A stretch of DNA of 56,821 nucleotides from Nanobdellota archaeon (GCA_018896675.1 JAHIMK010000069.1:1-56821), one strand, 5' to 3'; positions 9,842-18,931 are shown, counted from the stretch's first letter. Notes: generated by a model from the sequence alone, not told the origin. Translations and numbers: made by a program.

Positions 9842-9863
9842 TCTGAAAATCTGTTCACAAAAC
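9838..9863 (+). repeat. Copy 2 of the dif-like palindromic core (one mismatch: TTCACAAAAC)
   Basis: GTAATCTGAAAATCTGTTCACAAAAC. Confidence 0.6.
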
Positions 9864-9888
9864 CGAGCAAAAAATTAAATACTATTTC
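9864..9888 (+). promoter_or_regulatory. Junction promoter module (copy 2), TATA-like TTAAATA about 25-30 nt upstream of ATG 9905
   Basis: CGAGCAAAAAATTAAATACTATTTC, versus copies at 8274 and 10999. Confidence 0.5.
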
Positions 9889-9904
9889 TTTATTTAGAAT
9901 AAAA

Positions 9905-10885
9905 ATGAAAGCATTAACAAAAAACAATTATGCTGCATTACTTAAGGATATAAAGTCAATTCTGGAAAAAGGATTATGTAGGGCTTACAAGGCAGTAGAC
10001 AACATCAAGGTGCAAACCTATTGGCAGATTGGTGAAAGAATTGTGAGAGAAGAATTAACCCATAAAGATAGAGCAGATTACGGTAAGAAAATTATAAATA
10101 ATTTGGCAAAGGATTTAGGTATTAATAGACGTCTATTTTACAGAATAGTTAAATTCTATAGGCAATATCCAATTGTGGTGACAGTGTCCCCACAATTGAG
10201 TTGGTCGCATTATGAAGTTTTAATTGGCATGGAAAATGATGGGACTAGGAAATTTTACGAAATTCAATCCGTAATAGAAAGCTGGAGTGTTAGAGAACTT
10301 AGGAAAAGAATAACAAATGACGAATATGGGAAAATAAAGAAAACTGGGCAATTATTAACTAAACCGCCTTTACAACTTTCTTCTTCTGAAGAAGTTTTCA
10401 AAGAAAGCTATAACTGGGACTTCATCTCTTTAGAAGAAAACCACACTGAGAAACAACTTGAAAATGCTCTCTTAGACAATATCCAAAGAGTTTTACTGGA
10501 GTTTGGTAAGGGATTTGCCTTTTTAGCAAGGCAGCAAAAGATTCTTCTCAATAACTAATGGCATAAAATTGACCTTCTTTTTTACCATATTTTGCTAAAA
10601 TGTTACATCATAGTGGAACTAAAAGCAAGAGAGCTAAATCCTGGAGATATAGAGCAAGTTACGAAATATTTAACTTATTTTAGAGAGAAGAAGGTAACAA
10701 ATGACAGTGATCCTATTGCTTTAATCATCTGCAAAAGTCATGACAAGGTTGATGTCTATTATAGTGCTGGAAAGAACAAGGAAGACATTTTTGTTGCAGA
10801 ATACAAAACTAAGCTGCCAAGTGAACAAGAGATAAAGTTAAAACTAAATCAAACAAGAAGTGAAGCCTCCCAGTTTGACAGCTAA
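9905..10885 (+). pseudogene. DUF1016/YhcG-type PD-(D/E)XK nuclease interrupted by one in-frame TAA
   Basis: ORFs 9905-10558 and 10592-10885 share a frame (offset 687 nt). Read-through gives ...FLARQQKILLNN*WHKIDLLFYHILLKCYIIVELK, the canonical DLLFYH...ELK nuclease core of this family. Confidence 0.75.
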
Positions 10886-10904
10886 ATAGAAAAATAAAAT
10901 ATAA

Positions 10905-10971
10905 ATTTGCCTCTGCCAATAAATAATTTAACCAATAACAAACAATTAAAACAAAATAAGGAAAGCTTCTA
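10905..10971 (-). repeat. Cassette-boundary repeat, inverted orientation (sub-family B)
   Basis: Reverse complement reads TAGAAGCTTTCCTTATTTTGTTTTAATTGTTTGTTATTGGTT...GGCAGAGGCAAAT. Confidence 0.8.
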
Positions 10972-10980
10972 TAAAACCTA

Positions 10981-10998
10981 AAAATCTGTTCAGAAAAC
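10981..10998 (+). repeat. Half copy of the dif-like core (spacer plus right arm only), fused directly to the boundary repeat
   Basis: AAAATCTGTTCAGAAAAC; the left arm is replaced by ...GCTTCTATAAAACCTA. Confidence 0.55.
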
Positions 10999-11023
10999 TG
11001 AGCAAAAAATTAAATAGTATTTC
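10999..11023 (+). promoter_or_regulatory. Junction promoter module (copy 3) upstream of ATG 11041
   Basis: CTGAGCAAAAAATTAAATAGTATTT is identical to 8274-8298. Confidence 0.5.
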
Positions 11024-11040
11024 TAAAACAATAACTATTA

Positions 11041-11367
11041 ATGGAAACAAAAGGATTAAATAAAACTTGTTGTATATATTTATATAACATGAAAACAAAG
11101 AAAAAAAACATATTGCATTACCCCCAACTAGATACGGTTCTTATGGTAGAAGAATTTATTAAAGAATATGGTGGAGAGTTCAAAAAAAGGAGTTTATGGG
11201 AGCATCTTCCTAAAAAAACGATGTACCAAACTTTTTGTGTAATTTTTGATTATCTTTTGGAATCTAATAAAATTGCTATAGATAAAAAAGGTAAAATTTG
11301 CTGGATTTGGGACCCTGAAGGGGTTAAAAAGTACCTCTCTAAAACACACCTCAATTGGAGAAAATGA
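11041..11367 (+). CDS. Hypothetical protein, positional antitoxin candidate for the RelE-like ORF
   Basis: 108-aa ORF overlapping the next ORF by 13 nt. No motif recognised. Confidence 0.4.
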   Translation: METKGLNKTCCIYLYNMKTKKKNILHYPQLDTVLMVEEFIKEYGGEFKKRSLWEHLPKKTMYQTFCVIFDYLLESNKIAIDKKGKICWIWDPEGVKKYLSKTHLNWRK

Positions 11368-11696
11368 AATCAAATGTTATTTTGGGAAATGAAAGATTAA
11401 AAAATTCATTTAATAAATTAAAAACTCTAAAAATAGAAGATAAACAATTATATAGCTGGTTAGTTAGAGCATTTAAAGATTTAGAAGAAGATGCTTTTAT
11501 AGGAATTCAAATTCAAAAAAAATTAATCCCTAAAGATTACAAACCAAAATTTGGAAAAATAGACAACCTTTGGAAATATAATCTTCCTAATGCTTGGAGA
11601 TTAATTTATACTATCAAAAAAGATCAAATAATTGTTTTATCTATAATTTTGGAATGGATGAGCCATAAGGAATATGAAAGGAAATTTAATTATTAA
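11355..11696 (+). CDS. RelE/ParE-superfamily toxin-like protein
   Basis: C-terminal pattern NAWRLIYTIKKDQIIVLSIILEWMSHKEYERKF resembles the RelE/StbE core (YR.IY.I....I.IL.I.H...Y). Confidence 0.5.
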   Translation: MEKMKSNVILGNERLKNSFNKLKTLKIEDKQLYSWLVRAFKDLEEDAFIGIQIQKKLIPKDYKPKFGKIDNLWKYNLPNAWRLIYTIKKDQIIVLSIILEWMSHKEYERKFNY

Positions 11697-11698
11697 AA

Positions 11699-12718
11699 AT
11701 GATTAAGAATTTAAGTAAAAAGGAAATTGAAGATATTAATATTGCTAGAAAAAGAAATGAAAAGATAAAAAAGATACATGATAAAAATCTCTTTATGAAC
11801 CTTGATGATTTAAGGTTTGCAACTAATGAAATAGTTGCTAAATATAGGGCATCTAGATTAAAATGTAAAGTCCTTATTGAAATTGGTTCTGGTGTGGGTT
11901 TTCAAACATTTGCTTTTGCCAAAGTTTGTAAAAAAGTGTATGCTGTTGAGATTGATGAAAGAAAAATTAAATATGCCGAGGAAAATGCTAAAATTTTGAA
12001 GTTGAAGAATATTGAATTTGTTAATGATGATGCTTTGAAAATTGATTTGAAAAAAGCAGACGCAGTTTTTTGTGAAACTGCCAGAAGTCCTGAATCTTCT
12101 GAAAGAAGTTTAGCTGAATTAGAACCGAATATTTTTAAATTTTTAGAAAAATACGGCAAACTAACTGATAAGATTTGTATTGATGTTCCTTCACAACTTA
12201 AGAAGATAGATTTAGACTGTGAAAAAGAATATCTTTCTGTTAACAATGAATTGAATAGATTAAATTTATTTTTTGGTTCTTTAAAGAAAGTAAATAAGTC
12301 AGCAGTTGCTTTACCAGGTAATCATAGGCTTGAAGAGACTAATGAAAAAGCCAAAAATTCTAAAGCCTTAAAATATCTTTATGATATCGACGGCGCAGTA
12401 TTAAAGGCGGGATTAATTAATGAATTAGCAATACAAACAAAAAGTTTCATTTTTACTGAAAGCTTGTTAACTTCCTTAAGATTAGTTAAAAGCCCGTTTT
12501 TTAAAAGCTCCTTTTTAATTTTAAATAAATGTAAGGAGTTTGATGAAGTTATTGAATATTTAAAAGGAATTGATTATGGCAAAATAATTTTAAGACAAAA
12601 AATAGATCCAGATAAATATTGGAATGAAAGAAAGAAATACGAAAATAAATTAAAAGGAAATAAAACTTGCTACTTATTTGTTTTTAAAAATAATTTCTTA
12701 ATAGCACAAAAGCTTTAA
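11699..12718 (+). CDS. Class I SAM-dependent methyltransferase
   Basis: Motif I LIEIGSGVGFQT, followed by acidic VYAVEID and NDDAL motifs. Confidence 0.6.
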   Translation: MIKNLSKKEIEDINIARKRNEKIKKIHDKNLFMNLDDLRFATNEIVAKYRASRLKCKVLIEIGSGVGFQTFAFAKVCKKVYAVEIDERKIKYAEENAKILKLKNIEFVNDDALKIDLKKADAVFCETARSPESSERSLAELEPNIFKFLEKYGKLTDKICIDVPSQLKKIDLDCEKEYLSVNNELNRLNLFFGSLKKVNKSAVALPGNHRLEETNEKAKNSKALKYLYDIDGAVLKAGLINELAIQTKSFIFTESLLTSLRLVKSPFFKSSFLILNKCKEFDEVIEYLKGIDYGKIILRQKIDPDKYWNERKKYENKLKGNKTCYLFVFKNNFLIAQKL

Positions 12719-12960
12719 CAAGAGCAGATTTTTCTTTTGCAAAACTTTGCAAGTGCTATAAATATAAACCCTAGCAAGTAAGCAAAGAAACCATAGCTAA
12801 AACCCTGACTTATCTGTCCCAAGATTCCTTGTATGATTGCAGCAAAACCAAAAGCTCCGAATACAATAAATGCTAAAAGCCATAAACTTCTGCCTTGACA
12901 TTTGCATTTCTCATCAACCTTTTTAACCATTATCTTTTTAACTAACTTCTTTTTAACCAT
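12715..12960 (-). CDS. Small Cys-containing membrane protein
   Basis: 81 aa with two hydrophobic spans. Lys-rich N-terminus and CKC / CSC pairs. Confidence 0.4.
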   Translation of the reverse strand: MVKKKLVKKIMVKKVDEKCKCQGRSLWLLAFIVFGAFGFAAIIQGILGQISQGFSYGFFAYLLGFIFIALAKFCKRKICSC

Positions 12961-13009
12961 ATTTCACCTCTTTCTTACTTTTATTAAAGGCAATAGGATT
13001 ATAAAAAGA

Positions 13010-13774
13010 TTACTTTTTACTATTTAACTTAACATATAAGATTATACCTGTGATAAACATAGCTATAGAAAACCATTGTCCTCGACTTAATCCAAATAAT
13101 AATCCTATTTGTATATCTGGCTCTCTAAAAAATTCTATGCAAAATCTTAAAACACTATAGATTATTAAGAAAATCGAAAATAAAATTCCATCTGCCATTT
13201 TTCTTTTTCTTGCAAACCATAACACCATAAAAATAAATAAATTCTTTAAAGCTTCATAAATTTGTGATGGATGCCTAAAACCATCAACTCCTTTGAATTT
13301 AACAGCCCAAGAAATTGTTGTAATTCGGCCATATAATTCACCATTAATGAAGTTGCCTATTCTACCTAAAAATAAAGCTATAGCAATAGGAATAACCATA
13401 ATATCAGCAATTTTCCAAAATTCTAAATTGTTTTTTTTACAATAATAATAAACTAATGCAAATGATCCAATTAATCCACCATGAAAAGACATACCACCAG
13501 ACCAAACTGCTAAAATTTCTAAAGGTTTAGATAAATAATAAAAAAAGTTGTAAAACAAAATATAACCTAAGCGACCACCTATTACAACACCTAATAAAGC
13601 ATAAACAATTAAATCTAAAATTTTATTTTTATTTAAATTGATTTTTTTTTCTTTTAACAAAAATTGAACTAAAAAATAAACAATTATTGCACCAAAAAGG
13701 TAAGCTAATGAATAATACTTTATTTGTAATGGACCTAAACTTACTAAAACAGGATTTATATTATGAATGTACAT
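13010..13774 (-). CDS. lgt: Prolipoprotein diacylglyceryl transferase
   Basis: Lgt signatures MSFHGGLIG, GRIGNFINGELYGR and HPSQIYE, with a multi-TM profile. Confidence 0.85.
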   Translation of the reverse strand: MYIHNINPVLVSLGPLQIKYYSLAYLFGAIIVYFLVQFLLKEKKINLNKNKILDLIVYALLGVVIGGRLGYILFYNFFYYLSKPLEILAVWSGGMSFHGGLIGSFALVYYYCKKNNLEFWKIADIMVIPIAIALFLGRIGNFINGELYGRITTISWAVKFKGVDGFRHPSQIYEALKNLFIFMVLWFARKRKMADGILFSIFLIIYSVLRFCIEFFREPDIQIGLLFGLSRGQWFSIAMFITGIILYVKLNSKK

Positions 13775-14342
13775 CTTTTCTCCTAAATCTTAAGATTAAA
13801 CCATTTATTAATATTGCCGAAGAGATTACAGTTATAAACAAAAATATTCTTTTTAAAGCAACATTAAAAAACTCTTTCGGAAAGGATTTTATCAACATAC
13901 TATTTTCTGGCAATAACCATAAATCATTTGTAAACAAGAGATAATGAAAGTTAGTAAAAAAAGAATTAAAATTTAAAGATAATAAATACAAAAGAATAAG
14001 TAATCCTAAGGAAATTAAACTAGAATAAAGAAAAATTTTAGAAATTAAAGAATAATCTTTAATTTTAATTAATATAACTAATAAACCTATAGAGAAGAAT
14101 AGACTAATATAAAATAATATTTTTACTAAATTACATAAAAATTTTACATCTTCCATATGGGTGATTTCTCTTTCTGAAAACATATCAGGATTAAGGTTTT
14201 CATTGCCATTAAGATATTCCAAAACATTGTTAGTATGTCCCGGATAATTCTGTTTGTCAAATGTTACAAGAAGTATAGAACTAAGAAAGATGGTTAAAAT
14301 TAAGGAAATAGTTGCTAAAATAGCTATAATCTTTTTTTTCAT
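13761..14342 (-). CDS. Four-TM membrane protein, possibly DUF1461/TIGR01906 (Lit-like), co-transcribed with lgt
   Basis: N-terminal TM, ~60-aa loop with E..HMEDV, three C-terminal TMs and FHYLLFTNDLW...FPKEFF. 14-nt overlap with lgt. Family assignment is from memory of motifs only. Confidence 0.35.
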   Translation of the reverse strand: MKKKIIAILATISLILTIFLSSILLVTFDKQNYPGHTNNVLEYLNGNENLNPDMFSEREITHMEDVKFLCNLVKILFYISLFFSIGLLVILIKIKDYSLISKIFLYSSLISLGLLILLYLLSLNFNSFFTNFHYLLFTNDLWLLPENSMLIKSFPKEFFNVALKRIFLFITVISSAILINGLILRFRRKDVHS

Positions 14343-14517
14343 TTAAATAAAAAGCCTTAGAAGATATTTATTTATATGTAATAATTAACTAGTAGTTAAA
14401 TGATTGGACTAAAGAAATAAGAGCAAAATATGACGGTTCTTTATTTGATTCTTATTAACTACAGTCGCGAAAAGTTTAAATATTCATCTGTCTCATCATT
14501 AGACACGAATTATAAAA

Positions 14518-15354
14518 ATGAAATTAACAAATAAAGCTATTGAAGATGTTGTAATTATGTTAGCTGGAGAGGATATAACTCCTTTAGTTTATCTTCTTAA
14601 GGGCAAAAACAATTTTTCTGAATTTAAATTGGCTGAAAGAATGAATATAACTGTTAATCAAGTAAGAAATATGCTATATAGATTACATAAACATAATCTT
14701 GTATTCTTTACTAGAAAAAAAGATAAGAAAAAAGGATGGTACATATATTATTGGACATTAAATATGAAAAACATCAAAGATGCCAGGTTTGAATTAAAGA
14801 AAAAACAATTAATAGAATTTAAGAACAGATTAGATAAAGAAAGTTCAAGTCACTTTTTTGTTTGCCCTAATAAATGTTCAAGACTAACTATGGAAAATGC
14901 TTTAGAAGTAGATTTTAGATGTCAAGAATGTGGCAGTTTAATGGGGCAACAAGATAATCAAAAAACTGTTGAAAATGTTCGAAAAAGAATAGTTGAATTA
15001 GAAGCAGAAATAAAAGAAGAAGAATTAGAAAGAGCTGAAGAATTACAAGAAAAACTAAAGAAAGCTGAAAGAGCAGAATCAAGAAAAAAAGCAATTGCTA
15101 AGAAAATATCAGATGAAAAGAAAGAAGTTAGAAAACAATTAGCAGCTAAAAAGAAAAAAGCACTATCTAAAAAGAAAGTTGTTAAAAAAGTGATTGCTAA
15201 AAAGAAAGTTGTTAAAAAAGTGGCTACTAAAAAGAAGGTTGTTAAAAAGAAAGTTGTTAAAAAAATAGCTACTAAAAAGAAAGTTGTTAAAAAATCTGTT
15301 AAGAAAAAAGGACTTCTAAAAAAATTTAAAAAAATTTTAAAAAAGAAAAAATAA
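14518..15354 (+). CDS. tfe: Transcription factor E (TFIIE-alpha homolog) with a Lys-rich repetitive C-terminal tail
   Basis: N-terminal wHTH (KLAERMNITVNQVRNMLYRLHKHNLV) and Zn-ribbon CPNKC...CQECG. Tail is KKKVVKKV repeats. Confidence 0.8.
   Translation: MKLTNKAIEDVVIMLAGEDITPLVYLLKGKNNFSEFKLAERMNITVNQVRNMLYRLHKHNLVFFTRKKDKKKGWYIYYWTLNMKNIKDARFELKKKQLIEFKNRLDKESSSHFFVCPNKCSRLTMENALEVDFRCQECGSLMGQQDNQKTVENVRKRIVELEAEIKEEELERAEELQEKLKKAERAESRKKAIAKKISDEKKEVRKQLAAKKKKALSKKKVVKKVIAKKKVVKKVATKKKVVKKKVVKKIATKKKVVKKSVKKKGLLKKFKKILKKKK
15168..15300 (+). repeat. Tandem ~30-nt coding repeat (aaaaagaaagttgttaaaaaagtgNNtgct) encoding KKKVVKKV(A/I)(A/T)
   Basis: Four to five consecutive copies are visible in the sequence. 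Confidence 0.8.
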
Positions 15355-15356
15355 TT

Positions 15357-15911
15357 CTAAAATAAACTTAATAAACCATTTAATACATAATATCCGTCAA
15401 ATGGTGGTATTGGAATCATATTGAAAATAAACAAGAATAAATTAATCTTCTTTGTCAAAGCAAGAATAATTAATTTCTTTCTATTCAATTTACCATATTT
15501 AATCCATATTGTAGCTCCTAAAAACATAAGTAAATTAGCTAATGGTCCAGCAAATGCAATTAACATGTTTTGTGAAGCAGTTGCTATTGCAGGATATACG
15601 ACAAAAGCCGGTGCTAAAATGAGAATAGGTGATTTAACTAATTTTAAGATTAAACCTAAACCTAAACCGAACCAATATATTTTAAACAAAGCAGGAAACC
15701 CAAAGGACATTGCTACAAATTTGTGAAACAATTCATGCACAATTACAGCAGGTGCAATAATCATAGCTGCAAACTGAATATCTTTCCATCTGTTTCTTGT
15801 TAATGTGAAAGGATCTAAAGTTCTAGGAGCAACATAATCTACAAAAATATAACCTAAAACTACAGTTATTATGATTAAACTGATTATTTCTCCAATTGTT
15901 ATGAATATCAT
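15357..15911 (-). CDS. Site-2 protease-like M50 family intramembrane metalloprotease
   Basis: HELFH in a TM segment and NMIPIPPFDG (NxxPxxxxDG) motif. Confidence 0.6.
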   Translation of the reverse strand: MIFITIGEIISLIIITVVLGYIFVDYVAPRTLDPFTLTRNRWKDIQFAAMIIAPAVIVHELFHKFVAMSFGFPALFKIYWFGLGLGLILKLVKSPILILAPAFVVYPAIATASQNMLIAFAGPLANLLMFLGATIWIKYGKLNRKKLIILALTKKINLFLFIFNMIPIPPFDGYYVLNGLLSLF

Positions 15912-15987
15912 ATTAATTATTTATAGCTAAGAATTTTTAAAGCTTTTGAAAGTAAGGTTTAAATAATTTAAAATAAGAATAATATTC

Positions 15988-16494
15988 ATGAATTTAAGTT
16001 TTTTAGCGCCAATTGTAAGCTTTTTAGGATTAATTGTTGGAATTTTCTTATCATCTATAACTAAAGATGAGATTATATCTGGAAGAAAGATTTTTGAATT
16101 TTTAAGAAGAATTTCATTAACAATTATCATTTTAATTGCATTAGCTTTAGCTGTATTAAATTTCAACTTAATTATAATCCTTTTTGCTATAATTTTAGGA
16201 TTATTATTGTCTAGAAAATTAAAAAATCAAAAATTAAGTTACCTTTTTTTGGGGTTGATTAGTGCTTCAAGTTTAATGACTACAAAATTTATGTTATTAA
16301 TAATATCTGTGTTAATTTTTATTTATGGATTATTATATGGAGCTTTATTGAAAGAGAGTAAAACAGAAATTATTATTTCTAATTTATTAATGTTTTTCTT
16401 ACCTTTTATAATTCTAATAATGCCTTTTATTGGATTTGGAGAAATTTTAAGTTTGTCTTCAATATTATTATTTTTTGAATTGAGAAAAATTTAA
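15988..16494 (+). CDS. Polytopic membrane protein, unknown function
   Basis: 168 aa, almost entirely hydrophobic spans. Confidence 0.4.
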   Translation: MNLSFLAPIVSFLGLIVGIFLSSITKDEIISGRKIFEFLRRISLTIIILIALALAVLNFNLIIILFAIILGLLLSRKLKNQKLSYLFLGLISASSLMTTKFMLLIISVLIFIYGLLYGALLKESKTEIIISNLLMFFLPFIILIMPFIGFGEILSLSSILLFFELRKI

Positions 16495-17024
16495 CGCTTT
16501 TCTTCCATTAATTCAGCTATGGCTAAACCAAACTTAGTAGCTACATGCGAACCTTTAGCAGTTATAATGTTTCTGTCTACAACAACATCCTGAGCAACAT
16601 ATTTTGCACCTCTTATTCTCATACCATCAGCATAATGCTTGTCTGTAGTGCTTGTAAAAACTGTAGCATGATATCCCTGCAGAATTCCTGCTTTGGCTAA
16701 GATTATTGGTGCAATACAAATGGCAGCAATTATTCTTCTTTTTGCATGCGCCTCTTTTATGATTTCATGGCAAAGAACATTATCAAAATATATTTTTGCA
16801 CCTGGACCACCAACAAAAATTATTGCTTTAAAATTATTTAAGTTAATAGCTGCTTCCTCTAAATCCATATCAGGCATTATTTGTACTTTTTTAACACCCA
16901 TAATAATTTCAATCTTTTCAGCAGCTATCTTAATTTCACAACCTTGTTCTGCTAATAAAGTCATAGGTTCTAATAATTCTTCATCCCTAAAATCCTGTGC
17001 TATGATAAAAAGTATCTTTTTCAT
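16491..17024 (-). CDS. DJ-1/PfpI family protein
   Basis: Nucleophile elbow AAICIAP with downstream His. GGPG motif. Confidence 0.8.
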   Translation of the reverse strand: MKKILFIIAQDFRDEELLEPMTLLAEQGCEIKIAAEKIEIIMGVKKVQIMPDMDLEEAAINLNNFKAIIFVGGPGAKIYFDNVLCHEIIKEAHAKRRIIAAICIAPIILAKAGILQGYHATVFTSTTDKHYADGMRIRGAKYVAQDVVVDRNIITAKGSHVATKFGLAIAELMEEKR

Positions 17025-18013
17025 TTAAATATGCCTGCTATTTTTGTATTACAATATCTACAGTTATTCTCCTTTATATTATTTTCAGTCTTGTAATAGT
17101 TTCTATGTATTAAGATTTTTTTACATTTCCAACATAAAGTATCTTGATTCCCTTCAATATTTCCTATATAAACATGCTTTAATCCTACTTTTTCTGCTAT
17201 TTCTTTAGCTTTCAATAAAGTATTTTCAGGAGTAATTGGTAAATTAACAATTTTATAATATGGAAAGAACCTGCTAAAATGTAATGGTGTTTCTTCTCCT
17301 AAATTTTCTTTAATCCATAAACACATTTTTTCTATCTCTTTCAAATTATCATTTAATGTAGGAATTACTAGATTAATAATTTCAATCCAAACTCCTTTCT
17401 TTTTCATAATTTTTAGAGCTTCTAATATTGGCTTTAGTTTACCATAACAAAATTCTTTATAGAACTTTTCTGTAAAACCTTTAATATCAATTGATGCTGC
17501 GTCAATATATTTGCATAGCTCTTCTAAAGGTTCTTTGTTAATGTAACCATTACTTACAAAAACATTTTTTATATCCTTTTTTTTAGCCAACTTTGCTATA
17601 TCTATTACATATTCCAAAAAAACTATTGGATCGTTGTAAGTATAAGCTATTGATTTGCATTTGTTTTTTAAAATTTGTTTTATTACTTCTTCGGGTGTTA
17701 AAGTTCTTATTGCAATCTCTTTACTTCTTGACAACTGCCAATTTTGACAGAACTGGCATTTAAAATTACATCCAATTGTGCCCAAAGAATAAACTTTTGA
17801 CGATGGTAAAAAATGATACAAAGGCTTTTTCTCTATTGGATCTACTGCTGTGGCTATTGGGTTATTATAAACTAAAGAGTATAATTTACCTTGAACATTT
17901 TTTCTTACAGAACATTTGCCTAATTCATTTTCTTTTATTAAACAAAAGTTAGGACATAGTTTACATTGTACATTTTTATTTTTTAATTGGACATACCATT
18001 TAGCTTCATGCAT
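17021..18013 (-). CDS. amrS: AmmeMemoRadiSam-system radical SAM enzyme
   Basis: N-terminal CKLCPNFC...GKC cluster, CNFKCQFCQNW radical-SAM motif and PIEKKPLYHFLP. Confidence 0.8.
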   Translation of the reverse strand: MHEAKWYVQLKNKNVQCKLCPNFCLIKENELGKCSVRKNVQGKLYSLVYNNPIATAVDPIEKKPLYHFLPSSKVYSLGTIGCNFKCQFCQNWQLSRSKEIAIRTLTPEEVIKQILKNKCKSIAYTYNDPIVFLEYVIDIAKLAKKKDIKNVFVSNGYINKEPLEELCKYIDAASIDIKGFTEKFYKEFCYGKLKPILEALKIMKKKGVWIEIINLVIPTLNDNLKEIEKMCLWIKENLGEETPLHFSRFFPYYKIVNLPITPENTLLKAKEIAEKVGLKHVYIGNIEGNQDTLCWKCKKILIHRNYYKTENNIKENNCRYCNTKIAGIFK

Positions 18014-18288
18014 ATTATTTTAAAGAGTTTTACTTATTTAAGGATTTGGTTAAAGTTTAGGGGAGTTGCTTTTTACTCTTTATTCTTATTTTTAGGATTA
18101 ATAATTTATTTGTTAGCAAAGGTAAAGTTTTTCTATTTCTTTGAAAAAATCAATGTTTTTTCTTGAAAACAATATAAAGGTAAATTCTTAAAATAATTTT
18201 AAGGCGGCAAAAACCAAAGATTTATATATAATTAATATTTATTAACAGATAGTAAATAATAATTAACTATACGCCGTATAGGATTATA

Positions 18289-18555
18289 ATGAATAAGGCG
18301 TTAAAAACAATAATAATAGTAATGTTAAGCAAAAGATATATTGGAAATAAACATACACCAGAAAACAAATTCCTTAATTCAAAAATAAAGTGGCTACAAG
18401 CAAATGAAATAAAAGAATTCAAAGAACAATATAAAAAAGTTATAAATGCTAAAATAATATTAAGAGTAAAGAAAAAGACAGAGAAAGGATCTAATTGGCA
18501 TATAAGCCTAAATCCAAGAAAATTAAAAGAATTATATGGGATAATTGAAGAATAA
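18289..18555 (+). CDS. Hypothetical Lys-rich small protein
   Basis: 88-aa ORF overlapping the next gene by 11 nt. Could be spurious. Confidence 0.3.
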   Translation: MNKALKTIIIVMLSKRYIGNKHTPENKFLNSKIKWLQANEIKEFKEQYKKVINAKIILRVKKKTEKGSNWHISLNPRKLKELYGIIEE

Positions 18556-18898
18556 AATGGGAACATTTTGCAAAATTTATGGAGAAAATATAAGAAATCA
18601 AATCCTTGAATATATGCTTGAGAATCAAGAATTAGATTTTGCAGTTGGTGATATGGCAAAAGAACTTAACATATCAAGACCAAAAGCATATGAACTAATC
18701 AAAACTTTTGAAAACGAAGGATATATCAATAAATCAAGAGTTATAGGAAAAACACAGTTATATATTTTAAATAAAGAAAATAATATAGTAAAATTATTTT
18801 TACGAGATTTTAAAGAATGTTTAAAACTAATAATTAGAACTTATTCTAAGAAACAACCAATTTTGACTAAGAAAAATGTAATCTGCGAACTTTCCTAA
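18545..18898 (+). CDS. Winged-helix transcriptional regulator
   Basis: VGDMAKELNISRPKAYELIKTFENEGYINKSR is a wHTH pattern. Confidence 0.55.
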   Translation: MKNKMGTFCKIYGENIRNQILEYMLENQELDFAVGDMAKELNISRPKAYELIKTFENEGYINKSRVIGKTQLYILNKENNIVKLFLRDFKECLKLIIRTYSKKQPILTKKNVICELS

Positions 18899-18931
18899 AC
18901 TTTTTAAAGAGTAAAATTTAAAGTTAATAAA

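Noticed and set aside
10556-10558. The in-frame TAA in the DUF1016 gene as evidence for stop-codon reassignment.
   Set aside because: TAA terminates many well-supported genes in the window at family-typical lengths (e.g. copA, lgt, minD). A nonsense mutation is the simpler explanation.
18267-18659. 130-aa minus-strand ORF upstream of the wHTH regulator.
   Set aside because: It is hydrophobic and low-complexity, and overlaps two plus-strand ORFs. One of those continues into a clear wHTH protein, and no promoter context supports the minus-strand ORF.
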